Notes: a model not told the origin generated them from the letters alone. A DNA stretch of 63,447 nt, filler included, from 9 parts of 9 records of this genome joined end to end with filler, not necessarily neighbours in it; one strand, 5' to 3'; counted from the whole stretch's first letter, positions 52,252-63,369 are shown. A program made the numbers and translations.

Positions 52252-52274
52252 AACTTGTATGCTGTATACAGGTT
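52252..52274. promoter_or_regulatory. Putative GntR autoregulatory operator
   Basis: AACtTGTATGC-T-GTATACAgGTT dyad about 30 nt upstream of the GntR start. Confidence 0.55.
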
Positions 52275-52600
52275 GTCAGGGTAATCTTCAAACAATTTAT
52301 TTCGAGTAATCTTTAATTATGTGCTCATTACTGTAGTGTTTATATTAAAAATATCCGCACTTACAGTTATTTGACATATGATTTCCGGAGCAAATCTATA
52401 TCAAATAGTACTTTATATCACCGGGAACTTGTTCCCGATGCTCTCTCTTCGAAGTAATTCTCAGATACTTGACACTGCTGAAAGCAACCTCTCAACCTGC
52501 CAATTTCTCGGTGTCGATATAGATTCAGGAATAATGTGAAACTCAACGTATTCTTAAATGGTTAACATTGCAAAGGATAGTCTAATATATTGACAGTTTT

Positions 52601-53632
52601 TCATACATCTCGAACCTTTCTCGCAGCCACTAGCAGGCAAGGGTAGGCTGGCCCATACACCGGATCTTTTATTGTAAAGTTTCCAAATCCAGCTTTTTCG
52701 AGGGCGGCAATCAAAGCGTCGCGCGGCAGGCAATGTGTAGGATACCCCATGCATTTCGTCAATAGTTCGACAAGACGAATGGTAAGGGAATAATCAGCCG
52801 ACACATCATCCGACATATGGTTGGAAACAAATACCCCACCGTCAACCATAGCCCGGTTTACTTGTACGAGATATTTGGCAAGTGAACCATCGAATCCTTT
52901 CTCGTAGAGAAAGTGGGAAGCAAAAAACAGATCATATCCCTGGCCAAACCCACCCTCCTTGTCTATATCAACAGGATGAAAAGATAGAGCCTCTTGTTTC
53001 TTTTTTTGCATTTCAAATGCGATACGTACCACTTCAGGCTGATCATAAACACGGGCGTACAAGCGTTGGTTACACGCAATCAACGCCCTGGAGTAATAGC
53101 CTCCGCTCCCAGCCATATCACACATTTTAACGCAGGAAAAAAACTCCGGCAGTCCGGTTACAAATGCAACTACAGACTGAAGCGTTCCGTCTTTTGCTCC
53201 CTGGGCCATGGATTCAATGGCTCCTTGGGAATTCCACATCTGCCGGTCATATTTCGGTGTCGCCCCTTTCAAGGCCTCAACGAGATTGTCAAAAGGACCG
53301 CTGCCGCCACTGAACTCCTTGACAGCGGAGAGTTGATGGACTGATGATTCGGTGATCAGGAAGTCCCTACTTGCCGGGGACAAGGCGTATACACCCGCCT
53401 CCTTTTCCAATATCGACACAGCAACGAGAACCTCACATAACGATTTGGTCATAGACGTATCTGTGCCAATTTTCGTCGCCAGCGAGGTTGCACTTAACTC
53501 CCCACCTGCCAAGGCTTCAAACACCCCAATCTCTACCGCCCCGTTGAGGATTTTCGGTAAATAACTGGCAAACAACATATTGTGAATGCGGCAATATGCT
53601 GAATGTACCTCCGGCACCCCCGATCTGTCCAT
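52601..53632 (-). CDS. O-methyltransferase family 2 (dimerisation + SAM domain)
   Basis: AVEIGVFEAL winged helix, CDMAGSGG motif I, YDQPEV, YDLFFASH; GGAGG RBS before ATG 53632. Confidence 0.82.
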   Translation of the reverse strand: MDRSGVPEVHSAYCRIHNMLFASYLPKILNGAVEIGVFEALAGGELSATSLATKIGTDTSMTKSLCEVLVAVSILEKEAGVYALSPASRDFLITESSVHQLSAVKEFSGGSGPFDNLVEALKGATPKYDRQMWNSQGAIESMAQGAKDGTLQSVVAFVTGLPEFFSCVKMCDMAGSGGYYSRALIACNQRLYARVYDQPEVVRIAFEMQKKKQEALSFHPVDIDKEGGFGQGYDLFFASHFLYEKGFDGSLAKYLVQVNRAMVDGGVFVSNHMSDDVSADYSLTIRLVELLTKCMGYPTHCLPRDALIAALEKAGFGNFTIKDPVYGPAYPCLLVAARKVRDV

Positions 53633-53709
53633 TGTGTAACCTCCATTTTTCTTGGTATCCCAGGCGATTCCGGTCTCGCAGCATACATTTTCACAAATAG
53701 CCCGACAGG

Positions 53710-54702
53710 CTACCCCTTGTCTGAAATTGCCTGGGCCCACTGCATGAAAATCTGCGGGTACTCAACCACACTCGAATCTATGTAAGCAGGCAGGCTGTAA
53801 ACTTCCATATTCTTAATTGCCGGGATTGCCGAAAACAAAGGTTCTTTCTTAAGTTCCTCATGAATTTTTGCCTGAATTGGCGCACTTGCCCCTGTTATAA
53901 TAATCGTATCCGGATTTGCCTTAGCCATATGGGCCAGGCTGCGAATAGTAACGTGCCCTTTTGATACCTTTTTCTCACCTGCGAGAATATTGCCGACATT
54001 CGTGCATCCCAGGGGGTCGAGAAAAAACTTATCCGCATACCCTCCAGGCATCTCCACTCTGATAAAGCATTTCCCGGTTGATTCCTGCAACACACCATTT
54101 AAAACGACGACTTTTTTATTAAGCGGTTGCCCGGGTATAGTTTTTTCCATCTTCGCAAGCTTCTTAATCCGCTGCTCCAAGAGCTTGCGAGCTTCCTCAC
54201 TCTTGCCGAGCAGGTCTCCCAGACGCTCAATAGCTGACTCGACACCTCCAGAGAAGTCAACATACTCGATTTGTACATCGTCATTTTCAATGAACGGTAC
54301 CGCATTTTCCGGTCGAACATTTCTCATGAAAAGGCAGTATGGCTCACTTTTTTCAATGATGACTGTTTCCACACCATACTTCCGGATTGCGTCAGGAAGA
54401 CTATTTTTCTTGTTCCCCGCTATGCACCTGGGGCACCCAAGCATTTCACCTAAGACCTTCATGGTATCCGCCATAGGCCAAAGCGATCCCCGTACAGACA
54501 TAGCTACCGGGACAACCCCAAGATTATAGGCAACATCAACGACACGATCGCCAATCATGATAACGTTTTGTTTTTCAGGAAGCGGGTGTTTGTTTTCGGC
54601 AGAAGCCGTCACACCACAGAAAATGAGACCACAACACAAAATGCTGAACATGAATACTGGCCATGCTTTAAAAGATCCCTTGCTACTCTTATCGACAGAC
54701 AT
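53710..54702 (-). CDS. Type III (siderophore/cobalamin/metal-chelate) ABC substrate-binding protein
   Basis: Signal peptide, LGVVPVA, IERLGDLLGK.EEA, NPDTIII, IPAIKN.EVY. Confidence 0.72.
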   Translation of the reverse strand: MSVDKSSKGSFKAWPVFMFSILCCGLIFCGVTASAENKHPLPEKQNVIMIGDRVVDVAYNLGVVPVAMSVRGSLWPMADTMKVLGEMLGCPRCIAGNKKNSLPDAIRKYGVETVIIEKSEPYCLFMRNVRPENAVPFIENDDVQIEYVDFSGGVESAIERLGDLLGKSEEARKLLEQRIKKLAKMEKTIPGQPLNKKVVVLNGVLQESTGKCFIRVEMPGGYADKFFLDPLGCTNVGNILAGEKKVSKGHVTIRSLAHMAKANPDTIIITGASAPIQAKIHEELKKEPLFSAIPAIKNMEVYSLPAYIDSSVVEYPQIFMQWAQAISDKG

Positions 54703-54785
54703 TATTTCACTCCACGATGTAACTATTGCTGATTACACATCCGGGGAAACGATGAAACATGTTTCCCCAGACCCATTAGAACAAA

Positions 54786-55235
54786 TTATAGAGATTGTCC
54801 GGCTTCAGCAGCCCAATCCCGGATCTCACTTTCCACATCTTCAGGGTCGCCGTCGATACGGAGCGGTTCGTTGACGATCTTGGCTCCAAGCTTTTCCATC
54901 TTCTCTTCAAGCTGGTCAACAGCGCCGCAGAAATACTCGTAGGAAGAGTCTCCGCAGCCAAACAGTGCGATGTTTTTACCTTGCAGCTGAGCGGCATCAT
55001 CGAGTTGCTCATAGAACGCCTCGAAATCTTCTTGAAATTCGATCTCGTCGTCTCCCCAGGTGGAAGATCCAAGCAGCGTCAGGTCATACCCGTTGCCGAG
55101 TTCTGCCACCGACGCTTCGGTCACATTTTTCACCGTGGTCTCGATATCTTTTTGCTCCAATACCTCTTTGATTATCGACGCAACACTTTCGGTATTTCCT
55201 GTGGTTGATCCATAAATAATTAATGCGGTTGGCAT
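54786..55235 (-). CDS. Short-chain flavodoxin
   Basis: YGSTTGNTE, GSSTWG, FGCGDSSY..FCGAVD. Confidence 0.95.
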   Translation of the reverse strand: MPTALIIYGSTTGNTESVASIIKEVLEQKDIETTVKNVTEASVAELGNGYDLTLLGSSTWGDDEIEFQEDFEAFYEQLDDAAQLQGKNIALFGCGDSSYEYFCGAVDQLEEKMEKLGAKIVNEPLRIDGDPEDVESEIRDWAAEAGQSL

Positions 55236-55322
55236 ACCTGCCTCCTGTATTGATTGTTGAATACCGCTGAACCTCTGTCCCATCCAGGGGGATGGAAATT
55301 TCCGCCGTTTGGTAAACGCATG

Positions 55323-55688
55323 CTACGCCGCCTTTCGCGAGCCACACGTACAATTTTTGCAACGGTTGCCACACCCACCATGTGCCTTTTTCTTGCGTAT
55401 GATCACCTTGCCCCGATCAACGCCAATATCCAGTCCCTTTTGGCCGACAAGGTAGACATTATCCTTTGGCAGCCCTGAAACATTGAGCAACCTGCTGAAA
55501 GCCTTCCCCGATTCCGGTACAACATCAGTCACTTTCCCGGTATGGATGAAAATATTTCCCTTGCCCTGATAGGACTCGATCATCGCCGTTGTCAGCGCAA
55601 CCGCCGTTTCATCTGAAAACAATCCTTCAAGGTTTATATGCAGGTTTCCTTTTCGCTGATCAACAACAAGGCGCTCTTGATTTTCCAT
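55323..55688 (-). CDS. Small hypothetical protein with C-terminal Cys cluster
   Basis: GNLHINLEG, NIFIHT, tail HGGCGNRCKNCTC. Confidence 0.7.
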   Translation of the reverse strand: MENQERLVVDQRKGNLHINLEGLFSDETAVALTTAMIESYQGKGNIFIHTGKVTDVVPESGKAFSRLLNVSGLPKDNVYLVGQKGLDIGVDRGKVIIRKKKAHGGCGNRCKNCTCGSRKAA

Positions 55689-55726
55689 TACACTACCCTC
55701 ATCTATTCAAGTCATTACATTGATAA

Positions 55727-56761
55727 CTACTGGGTTATTTCATTCAAACCACGTACCAGTGAAGACAATCCCGAACTACGCATCATCACGTAGTCTTTCT
55801 GGTATCTCTTGCACATTTTCTTCACGCACTTGCATGCGTCATGGCTGACGCAATCAACCGGGCACAGTACGGCATCAGCACGGGTAACAACCTTTGGCAG
55901 GATGTTTCTGGACGTTTCCCGGCCACCGTCATGATGGAGGAACATCCCCCCAAATTTTTCAACCAACTGCCTGTACCGTGGAATCATTTTATGGTGCCCC
56001 CCCACATACAATACGGTTTTGCCGCAAAGATCAGGACCGAGACAATTTTCCACCTCACACCCCTCGCACGTGGGACATGCTGCTGAACTATTTCCCATAT
56101 TCAGGGCAAGCGCACTTTCAAGAGAAAGAATTTCCTGCTGCAACTCATCCCGCTCCTGCACCAAGCGGACATTGGTCTCTTCAAGGTCCTTCACTGTACT
56201 TCCTGCAAGCTCAAACAATTCATGTATATCTTCCAAATCTGCCGTCAGCTTATCGATTTCCCCGCATAAGCCCGCATTGTCCCTACGAAGAGAAGTGACG
56301 CTCTCTTCAAGCTCTTTTACCTGTATCTGCCGCAGCGGGTCTGCTTCTGAGTTTCCACCCTGTATAGCCGCCAACCGCAGTTCATCATTCTCCAATTGCA
56401 CAGAGAGAAGATTTGCAATTTGCTCCTGGAGCTTTTTGTGCTCTTTCTGGTGATCCCGACGTTCAGATACCAACACCTCTTCCAGGATATCGACTTTAAT
56501 CTGGAGATCAGAAACATTGAGGACATCCCGTTGAAACCGATCGGTAAAATCATGGCCGATCATATGTATCTCGCCATGGATATCCGCGGCCAGGTCCGTA
56601 CCTGTTGCAGAATGGGTCATCACTGCCCAATATGCCCCTGCGATTGCGCCCCTTTTCAAGGATTGACTCCAGAGATCTTTCACCCCTCTTTCAGTCTTCA
56701 CTCGTGAAAAGCGGGTTATAAAGCCCCGATATTTCCTGTCTAAAACCCTGTGGATGCTTTT
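55727..56761 (-). CDS. DUF2325 protein (coiled coil + Cys motif + DUF2325), 5'-truncated
   Basis: VLYVGG, HHDGG.E, ADAVLCPVDCVSHDAC..VK..CK; the frame stays open to the contig edge. Confidence 0.85.
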   Translation of the reverse strand, partial: KSIHRVLDRKYRGFITRFSRVKTERGVKDLWSQSLKRGAIAGAYWAVMTHSATGTDLAADIHGEIHMIGHDFTDRFQRDVLNVSDLQIKVDILEEVLVSERRDHQKEHKKLQEQIANLLSVQLENDELRLAAIQGGNSEADPLRQIQVKELEESVTSLRRDNAGLCGEIDKLTADLEDIHELFELAGSTVKDLEETNVRLVQERDELQQEILSLESALALNMGNSSAACPTCEGCEVENCLGPDLCGKTVLYVGGHHKMIPRYRQLVEKFGGMFLHHDGGRETSRNILPKVVTRADAVLCPVDCVSHDACKCVKKMCKRYQKDYVMMRSSGLSSLVRGLNEITQ

Positions 56762-56861
56762 NNNNNNNNNNNNNNNNNNNNNNNNNNNNNNNNNNNNNNN
56801 NNNNNTTAATTAATTAANNNNNNNNNNNNNNNNNNNNNNNNNNNNNNNNNNNNNNNNNNNN
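56762..56861. other. Artificial contig linker
   Basis: N44-TTAATTAATTAA-N44. Confidence 0.99.
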
Positions 56862-57840
56862 GGCTCCTGCTAGTCATATCTTTCTTCAACGCCTCGGCAA
56901 CAGAGACCTGCTGGCACTGAGTATGCTCAAAGCTGCAGGAATAAAGGCCGAACTTGTTGCAGCCCGCCCACCCACCAGCATTCTCTACCGTCCTATCTGG
57001 AAGCTACCTAACACACATAGCTTTACAGAGTATTTCATAAAAGCATATATAGACGACAAGAACCCTGTCTGGCTCGATCTTCGCGCAAAATACGCAGGAG
57101 CCGGAGTCGTTGGCGAAGATTATGCCGGCGGTACAGGTTTTGTTTTAGGCAAGAAAAAAGGTGAATTTGTCATCCTCCCACAGGCTCAGGAAAAAGACTA
57201 TACCATAAAAAGAAGCAGAGAATATAAGATTACCGCAGCTGAGAACCACCTCGAAATAACCGGTAATACATTCTATTACGGCACCAGAGGCTGGGAATTC
57301 AAAGAAAACATGGCTGCTCTGACCGAGCAGAAACAGAGCAGAGTTATTGCCGAAATACTGATGAAATCGCTCTTTGGAATAAATATAAAAGACTTTACCC
57401 TGCCAGAGCTTACTACAAGCGGCAAACCGTTTAACATTGAGTATACTGCCGATGTGGATGATCTGCTCAGACGAAAACAGGAAGGAGGGTATGGTATCCC
57501 TTTCGCTCTCCCTGAGGTCGGCATGCTACCTAGAATGAATTCCAACAGAAGGCTTACCCCGTACCATCTCAATAAATATCTGGCAGCAACAGACAGGTAC
57601 ACCTACATATTGCCTGAGAATACCATAATCAGAGACCTGCCTGCAGATGTTATTATCAGATCTGAGTTCGGATTGTACCAGCTGACCTTTTCAGCTGACG
57701 ACAAAAAAGTCATTATGGAACGCAAATACCTCTTCAAGCCTCAGGTTATCGCTCTTAAAGACTGGGAGTCCTACCGTGAACTGGCAATGCAGATAAACAA
57801 GGTTGAGACAGATTATATCTGGTTTTCAGAGAATAAATAG
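56862..57840 (+). CDS. C-terminal part of a DUF3857/transglutaminase-like protein
   Basis: MLKAAGIKAELV, VWLD, LP..V.I.SEFG.Y, W..YRE (DUF3858-like tail). Confidence 0.6.
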
Positions 57841-58243
57841 TCATTACCAATAAAGTCTACAAAACGACTGGGGCAATCTTAAAACTGCCCCAGCGATAAA
57901 GGACGCTTCTGGAGTCCTCTTACCTACCTAAGAAGACCCCAAGCTTTAAGAAATACGCTTCAGCACCTCTATGAAGAGAACCACCTTATTGCAAACACTT
58001 TCATTCCCCGCCCATCCACAACTTTTACCGTACAAACAGCCTCATCAATTTTCCACAAATTTAATCTCAATAAGCTCTTGCAATAAAAGCATGTAATCAT
58101 ATAATATTTACTCCTGTGTCTCAAAACAGGTTTGAGACCACTTTTTATTTCATTTTTTAGTATTGTACGGAGTTGCATATTCTTTACGCAGCTGTCACCG
58201 GGGCAGAGGCTTGAATAAGCAGTTTCATGGAAAGCAGGTTATT

Positions 58244-59959
58244 ATGGTTAGACCCGGACGTTATGGACTGGTTAACAGTGTTATCTCAGATGAAGAGCTC
58301 AACAAACAGGTTGAAGCCGCAATGGAAGGTGCAAGCATTGACGCACTTGACGAAGCAGTAGGCGATCAGGAGCTTAAAGCTGGTGAGATTATTACTGGTA
58401 TTGTCCGCAGAATTGATCTAGAAGATGTAGTAGTTGATATTAACTATAAATCAGAAGGCTTTATTCCTCTTGTTGAATTCGATCCAGGCGAAGAGCCTAA
58501 GGTCGGCGACCAGATTGAAGTTCTTCTTGAAGAGATTGATGAAGATGACAACGAAATCATCCTCAGCAAGCGCAAAGCAGACCGTATCCGTGGTTGGGAA
58601 AAAATCATGGAAGAACACGAAGTCGGTGATGTTATTGTCGGTAAAGCAACACGTAAGATCAAAGGTGGTCTTCTTGTTGATATCGGTGTACCAGTATTCC
58701 TACCAGCTTCACAGGTTGATATCCGCCGTATCGGTGATGTCGGCGATTACATCGGTCGCGAGCTTGAATGTAAAATCATCAAAATCGACAGAGAGCGCCG
58801 CAACATCGTTCTTTCACGTCGTAAACTTCTTGAAGAAGACAGAGAATCAAAGAAATCAGATGTACTCAAGACACTTGTCAAAGGCGAACCTCGCAAGGGT
58901 GTTGTCAAGAACATTACAGACTTCGGTGCGTTTGTTGACCTCGGCGGCATCGACGGTCTTCTCCATATCACTGACATGAGCTGGGGACGTGTATCTCATC
59001 CATCAGAAATCGTTTCTATCGATCAGGAAATTGAAGTCAAAATTCTTGACTTTGACCTCGAACGTGAACGTATCTCTCTTGGCCTCAAGCAGCTTTCAGC
59101 AAACCCATGGGAAGCTATCGCAGACAAGTACCCAATCAACTCAAAGGCTACCATCTCTGTTGTTAACATTATGCCTTACGGTGCATTTGTCAAACTTGAA
59201 GACGGCATCGAAGGTCTTGTCCACATCAGTGAAATGAGCTGGACAAAACAGGTATCACACCCATCAGAGATGGTTTCTGTTGGCGACGAAGTCGATGTTG
59301 TTGTCCTTGACATCAACAAGGACAAGCAGGAACTTTCACTCGGCATGAAGCAGAGCGAAGAAAATCCTTGGGAAAAGGTTGAAGCAAAATACCCAGCAGG
59401 CAGCTATGTTCAGGGTAAGGTTCGCAACCTCACAAACTACGGCGCATTCATTGAACTTGAAGAAGGCATAGATGGTCTTCTACATATCAACGACATGAGC
59501 TGGACTAAGAAAATCAACCACCCATCAGCAATGCTCAGCAAGGGCAATGAAGTCAGAGCAGTTGTTCTCAATGTAGATCAGGAACGCAAGCGCGTTGCTC
59601 TTGGCCTCAAACAGCTTGATGACGATCCTTGGGTAGCCCTTATCCCTGAGAAGTACCATGCAGGCGATATTATCGAAGGTGTAGTTACTAAGCTTGCTAA
59701 CTTCGGTGCATTTGTTGAAATTGGCAATGACCTTGAAGGTCTTCTTCATATCTCAGAACTTTCAGACCAGAAAGTAGACAAACCTGAAGATGTTGTACAG
59801 GTTGGTCAGAGAGTAACTGTCATGGTTATCAATATTGATACAGATGACAGAAAAATTGGTCTTTCTCTACGCGCAACTCATGATGTTGATGAAACATATG
59901 TTGAGAAGCAGAAACAGGAAGAAGAAGCTGCAGCCAAAGCACAGGAAGAAAACAACTAG
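58244..59959 (+). CDS. rpsA: 30S ribosomal protein S1
   Basis: Six S1 repeats ([33 protein letters not shown]...[12 protein letters not shown]); start placed at ATG 58244. Confidence 0.97.
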   Translation: MVRPGRYGLVNSVISDEELNKQVEAAMEGASIDALDEAVGDQELKAGEIITGIVRRIDLEDVVVDINYKSEGFIPLVEFDPGEEPKVGDQIEVLLEEIDEDDNEIILSKRKADRIRGWEKIMEEHEVGDVIVGKATRKIKGGLLVDIGVPVFLPASQVDIRRIGDVGDYIGRELECKIIKIDRERRNIVLSRRKLLEEDRESKKSDVLKTLVKGEPRKGVVKNITDFGAFVDLGGIDGLLHITDMSWGRVSHPSEIVSIDQEIEVKILDFDLERERISLGLKQLSANPWEAIADKYPINSKATISVVNIMPYGAFVKLEDGIEGLVHISEMSWTKQVSHPSEMVSVGDEVDVVVLDINKDKQELSLGMKQSEENPWEKVEAKYPAGSYVQGKVRNLTNYGAFIELEEGIDGLLHINDMSWTKKINHPSAMLSKGNEVRAVVLNVDQERKRVALGLKQLDDDPWVALIPEKYHAGDIIEGVVTKLANFGAFVEIGNDLEGLLHISELSDQKVDKPEDVVQVGQRVTVMVINIDTDDRKIGLSLRATHDVDETYVEKQKQEEEAAAKAQEENN

Positions 59960-59992
59960 TATATCAAACCTCTAGTTTTAGAGAATATTCCT

Positions 59993-60028
59993 AAAGCTGC
60001 TATCCTTTATCAGGATAGCAGCTTTTTT
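59993..60028 (+). terminator. Rho-independent terminator of rpsA
   Basis: AAAGCTGCTATCCT..AGGATAGCAGCTTTTTT. Confidence 0.88.
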
Positions 60029-60288
60029 ATGTTAAAACCCTTGCACATCTGCAGAATGTGCTTAAAATATACAGGAGTTTAATAGGAACAGAAACAGCTT
60101 CTGAAGATTTATGAAAATGAGAAAAGACTGTTTATCAGGTTTCTCTACTAATATATGAGAAAACTGATAACACAATGAGAATAAGTCATTTATACTCTGA
60201 AAAAAAAGAGGTATTTCAATTATAAATGCTTTTCAATATGGACTAATTTTATATTTTAACCCTAAGATTATTCAGTCAGGAAAAAACA

Positions 60289-61077
60289 ATGGCGACACCC
60301 AAAGCTTTAGTAATCAGAACTGCCGGAACAAACTGTGATCAGGAGACACTCTACGCATTTGAACATGCAGGAGCAACTACTGAATTATTCCATGTCAACA
60401 ACCTGGCAAAGACAGCCGATCCGTTCAAAGATGTCAATATTATTGCTCTACCGGGTGGCTTCACTTATGGTGATGACGTTGCCAGCGGCAAAGTCCTTGC
60501 AGTAGAACTTGCCCATGTCCTCGGAGACAAGCTCAAAGAATTTGTTGATAGAGGCGGCTTGGTAATCGGAATATGTAATGGCTTTCAGGTACTGGTCAAG
60601 ACTGGTCTACTGCCAGACGCACGCTTCTCAGCTGCAGCAGAACGTAAAGCAACTCTAACCTTCAACGATTCACACAAATTTGAATGCCGCTGGGTACGAC
60701 TCAAAACACCTGACAACTGCAAATGCATCTTTGCCGAAGCAGGTGAAGAGATTGAGATACCTGTTGCTCACGGTGAAGGTAAATTTGTCTGTCGTGACGC
60801 TACTATTCTACAGGAACTTGAAGATAACGGACAGGTTGTCTACCGTTATACAACAGCAGACGGCAGTGAACCTGTATACCCTGCAGACCCTAACGGTTCA
60901 GACAATCACATTGCCGGCATCTGCGACCCAACCGGCAGAGTATTCGGACTGATGCCACACCCTGAACGCCACATCTTCAGCTACCAGCACCCTCGTGCAC
61001 AACGAGAAAATAGAACTGGTGAAGGCGATGGTGTCAGAATGTTCAAACGTGCAGTTGAGTACTGCAAGAACTGTTAA
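60289..61077 (+). CDS. purQ: Phosphoribosylformylglycinamidine synthase subunit PurQ
   Basis: GTNCD, PGGFTYGD, GICNGFQ, AHGEG, GLMPHPER. Confidence 0.96.
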   Translation: MATPKALVIRTAGTNCDQETLYAFEHAGATTELFHVNNLAKTADPFKDVNIIALPGGFTYGDDVASGKVLAVELAHVLGDKLKEFVDRGGLVIGICNGFQVLVKTGLLPDARFSAAAERKATLTFNDSHKFECRWVRLKTPDNCKCIFAEAGEEIEIPVAHGEGKFVCRDATILQELEDNGQVVYRYTTADGSEPVYPADPNGSDNHIAGICDPTGRVFGLMPHPERHIFSYQHPRAQRENRTGEGDGVRMFKRAVEYCKNC

Positions 61078-61178
61078 GATATATAATATTAATTTGAAAC
61101 AGGCTGCTGAACCCGTTGACAGAAAATCAGCTGCTCTAATCACTGATAACTCAGTAATAAGATAAAGGATTCTGATAA

Positions 61179-62357
61179 ATGGCTGGAATTGACATACTAC
61201 CTTTTGAAAAACCGCTACACGACCTCAGAGATAGAATAAACGAAATTCTTGATGGTGAGGATAACTCAGAAGAGATGCAGGCTCATGCCAGAATGATGCA
61301 GGAGCAGGCAGATGAAATGGAGAGAAAGCTCTACCAAAACCTTTCTGCCTGGAATGTTATCCAGATAGCAAGGCACCAGAACAGGCCTACTACCCGTGAT
61401 TATATCGATCTTATCTTTGATAACTTCGAAGAACTCCACGGCGACCGTGCTTATCGTGATGATCTGGCTATTGTTACCGGTCTTGCAGAGCTCGGCGGCA
61501 GAAGAGTGATGATTATCGGGCAGCATAGAGGACGTAATGTAGAAGAACGCCACCAGAGTCATGCAGGCTGTTCTCATCCGGAAGGCTACCGCAAAGCTCT
61601 TCAGAAGATGAAGCTTGCCGAGCGTTTCAATATCCCCATTATCACTCTTGTAGATACCAAAGGTGCTTACCCCGGTATCGGCGCAGAAGAGCGCGGACAG
61701 GGTATTGCCCTAGCTGAGAATATCCGTGACATGAGTATGCTGCGAGTCCCTGTTATCTGCTGTATTATCGGCGAAGGCGGCTCAGGCGGAGCACTGGCTG
61801 TGGCTGTAGGTAATAAAGTCCTTATGATGCAGCATGCTTACTACTCAGTAATCTCTCCTGAAGGTTGCGCCTCAATTCTCTGGCGAGACGGCGAAAGAAA
61901 AATTGATGCTGCCAATGTACTCAAACTAACCAGTACAGATCTATACGAAAGAGGTTTTATCGATGCAGTTGTTGAAGAGCCTCTCGGTGGAGCACATAGA
62001 GATCCGAAAAAAGCTGCTGAAAGCCTGAAGAATACTATTCTGGCTCAGCTCGCATCCCTTGATCAGCTCAGTCCTGACGAACTTGCAGAAAACAGGTACC
62101 AGAAGTTCCGTGCTTTCGGTGACTTCCTGACAGATCAACAGATACCACTACGCTATGTAGACTGCACAAATGAACTGAAAGAGGAAGAGACCGCAACAGA
62201 AGAAGGAACAGACACAGTGAGTGCTACAACTGCAGACGAATCAATTACAGAAGCTGAAGTAATTGAAGTTACGGAGACTGAAGTTGAAGAACAGTCCACC
62301 ACTGATGAAGCAACCGAAGAAGTAACAGACGAAGACACTAAGAAAGAGAAAGAATAA
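61179..62357 (+). CDS. accA: Acetyl-CoA carboxylase carboxyltransferase alpha subunit with acidic C-terminal tail
   Basis: FEKP, ELHGDR, PEGYRKA, GAEERGQ, GEGGSGGALA, YSVISPEGCASILW. Confidence 0.95.
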   Translation: MAGIDILPFEKPLHDLRDRINEILDGEDNSEEMQAHARMMQEQADEMERKLYQNLSAWNVIQIARHQNRPTTRDYIDLIFDNFEELHGDRAYRDDLAIVTGLAELGGRRVMIIGQHRGRNVEERHQSHAGCSHPEGYRKALQKMKLAERFNIPIITLVDTKGAYPGIGAEERGQGIALAENIRDMSMLRVPVICCIIGEGGSGGALAVAVGNKVLMMQHAYYSVISPEGCASILWRDGERKIDAANVLKLTSTDLYERGFIDAVVEEPLGGAHRDPKKAAESLKNTILAQLASLDQLSPDELAENRYQKFRAFGDFLTDQQIPLRYVDCTNELKEEETATEEGTDTVSATTADESITEAEVIEVTETEVEEQSTTDEATEEVTDEDTKKEKE

Positions 62358-63298
62358 TGGAAAATTTCGGCGACAGACTCTTTGCTGCCAGCAAAGCAAA
62401 AAGTGTTACTGTAGTAGGGATTGATCCAGCATTTGACAAATTCCCTCCAGCACTACAGGAAATGGTTGACGATCCGGTAAACAGACAGGAAGCTCTGGAA
62501 ATATTCGGTAAAGGTATTATTGACGCAGTAAAGAATCATGTTCCGGCAGTAAAACCAAATATTGCTTTTTATGAAGCCCACGGTGTTCCAGGAGTAATGG
62601 CTTACATTACTATCTGTGCTTATGCCAAGAGCAATGGACTACTGGTAGTCGGCGATATAAAACGTGGTGACATCGGCAGCACAGCAGCAGCTTACGCTGA
62701 CGGCATGATGCGCCCGGCTGCTCAAACAGGCAAATTAGCCAACCCATTCCAGATCGGCCCGCATGACGCAGTCACACTCAACCCTTATCTCGGATATGAC
62801 AGCATAGGCCCGTTCTTTGATGCTGCTCAGGAAAACGGACAAGGCATGTACATTCTAGTCAAGACCTCAAATCCAACCAGTGCAGAACTGCAGGACTTAG
62901 AATTAAAAGACGGAGGCACACTCGCAGAAGCCACTGCCAGACTGGTCAACACTTGGTCACAGCGACTTATTGGTGAGAATGGTATTTCCGCAATCGGCGC
63001 AGTAGTCGGCGCAACACACCCCGAAGAGCTCGGCAGATACCGTGAACTAATGCCTGACACATCCTTTTTAATCCCTGGTTATGGTGCTCAGGGCGGTACA
63101 GCTCAGGGTATTATGGGAGGTTTCCGCAGCGATGGCAGCGGAGCGATTGTCAATGCCAGCCGCTCAGTAATCTATGCATGGCGTAATGAGAATAAACCTG
63201 AAGACTGGAAAGGCGCAGCCGAAAGAGCCGTAATAGCCATGAATGCCGATATCAACAGTGCCCTCAAAGAAGCTGGTAAAGACAGGATCATCTCTTAA
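62357..63298 (+). CDS. pyrF: Orotidine-5'-phosphate decarboxylase
   Basis: VGIDP, KPNIAFYE, DIKRGDIGST, VKTSNP, GAVVGAT, PGYGAQGG, NASR. Confidence 0.96.
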   Translation: MENFGDRLFAASKAKSVTVVGIDPAFDKFPPALQEMVDDPVNRQEALEIFGKGIIDAVKNHVPAVKPNIAFYEAHGVPGVMAYITICAYAKSNGLLVVGDIKRGDIGSTAAAYADGMMRPAAQTGKLANPFQIGPHDAVTLNPYLGYDSIGPFFDAAQENGQGMYILVKTSNPTSAELQDLELKDGGTLAEATARLVNTWSQRLIGENGISAIGAVVGATHPEELGRYRELMPDTSFLIPGYGAQGGTAQGIMGGFRSDGSGAIVNASRSVIYAWRNENKPEDWKGAAERAVIAMNADINSALKEAGKDRIIS

Positions 63299-63333
63299 AT
63301 AACCTATATAACTTTATTCAAAAAATAAAACTT

Positions 63334-63369
63334 ACAGCCATGGATAACCTTATCATCCATGGCTGTTTT
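63334..63369 (+). terminator. Rho-independent terminator after pyrF
   Basis: ACAGCCATGGAT-N9-ATCCATGGCTGT followed by TTT. Confidence 0.75.

Noticed and set aside
60129-60172. Imperfect inverted repeat between rpsA and purQ
   Set aside because: An isolated AT-rich dyad with no second copy and no recognisable riboswitch core.
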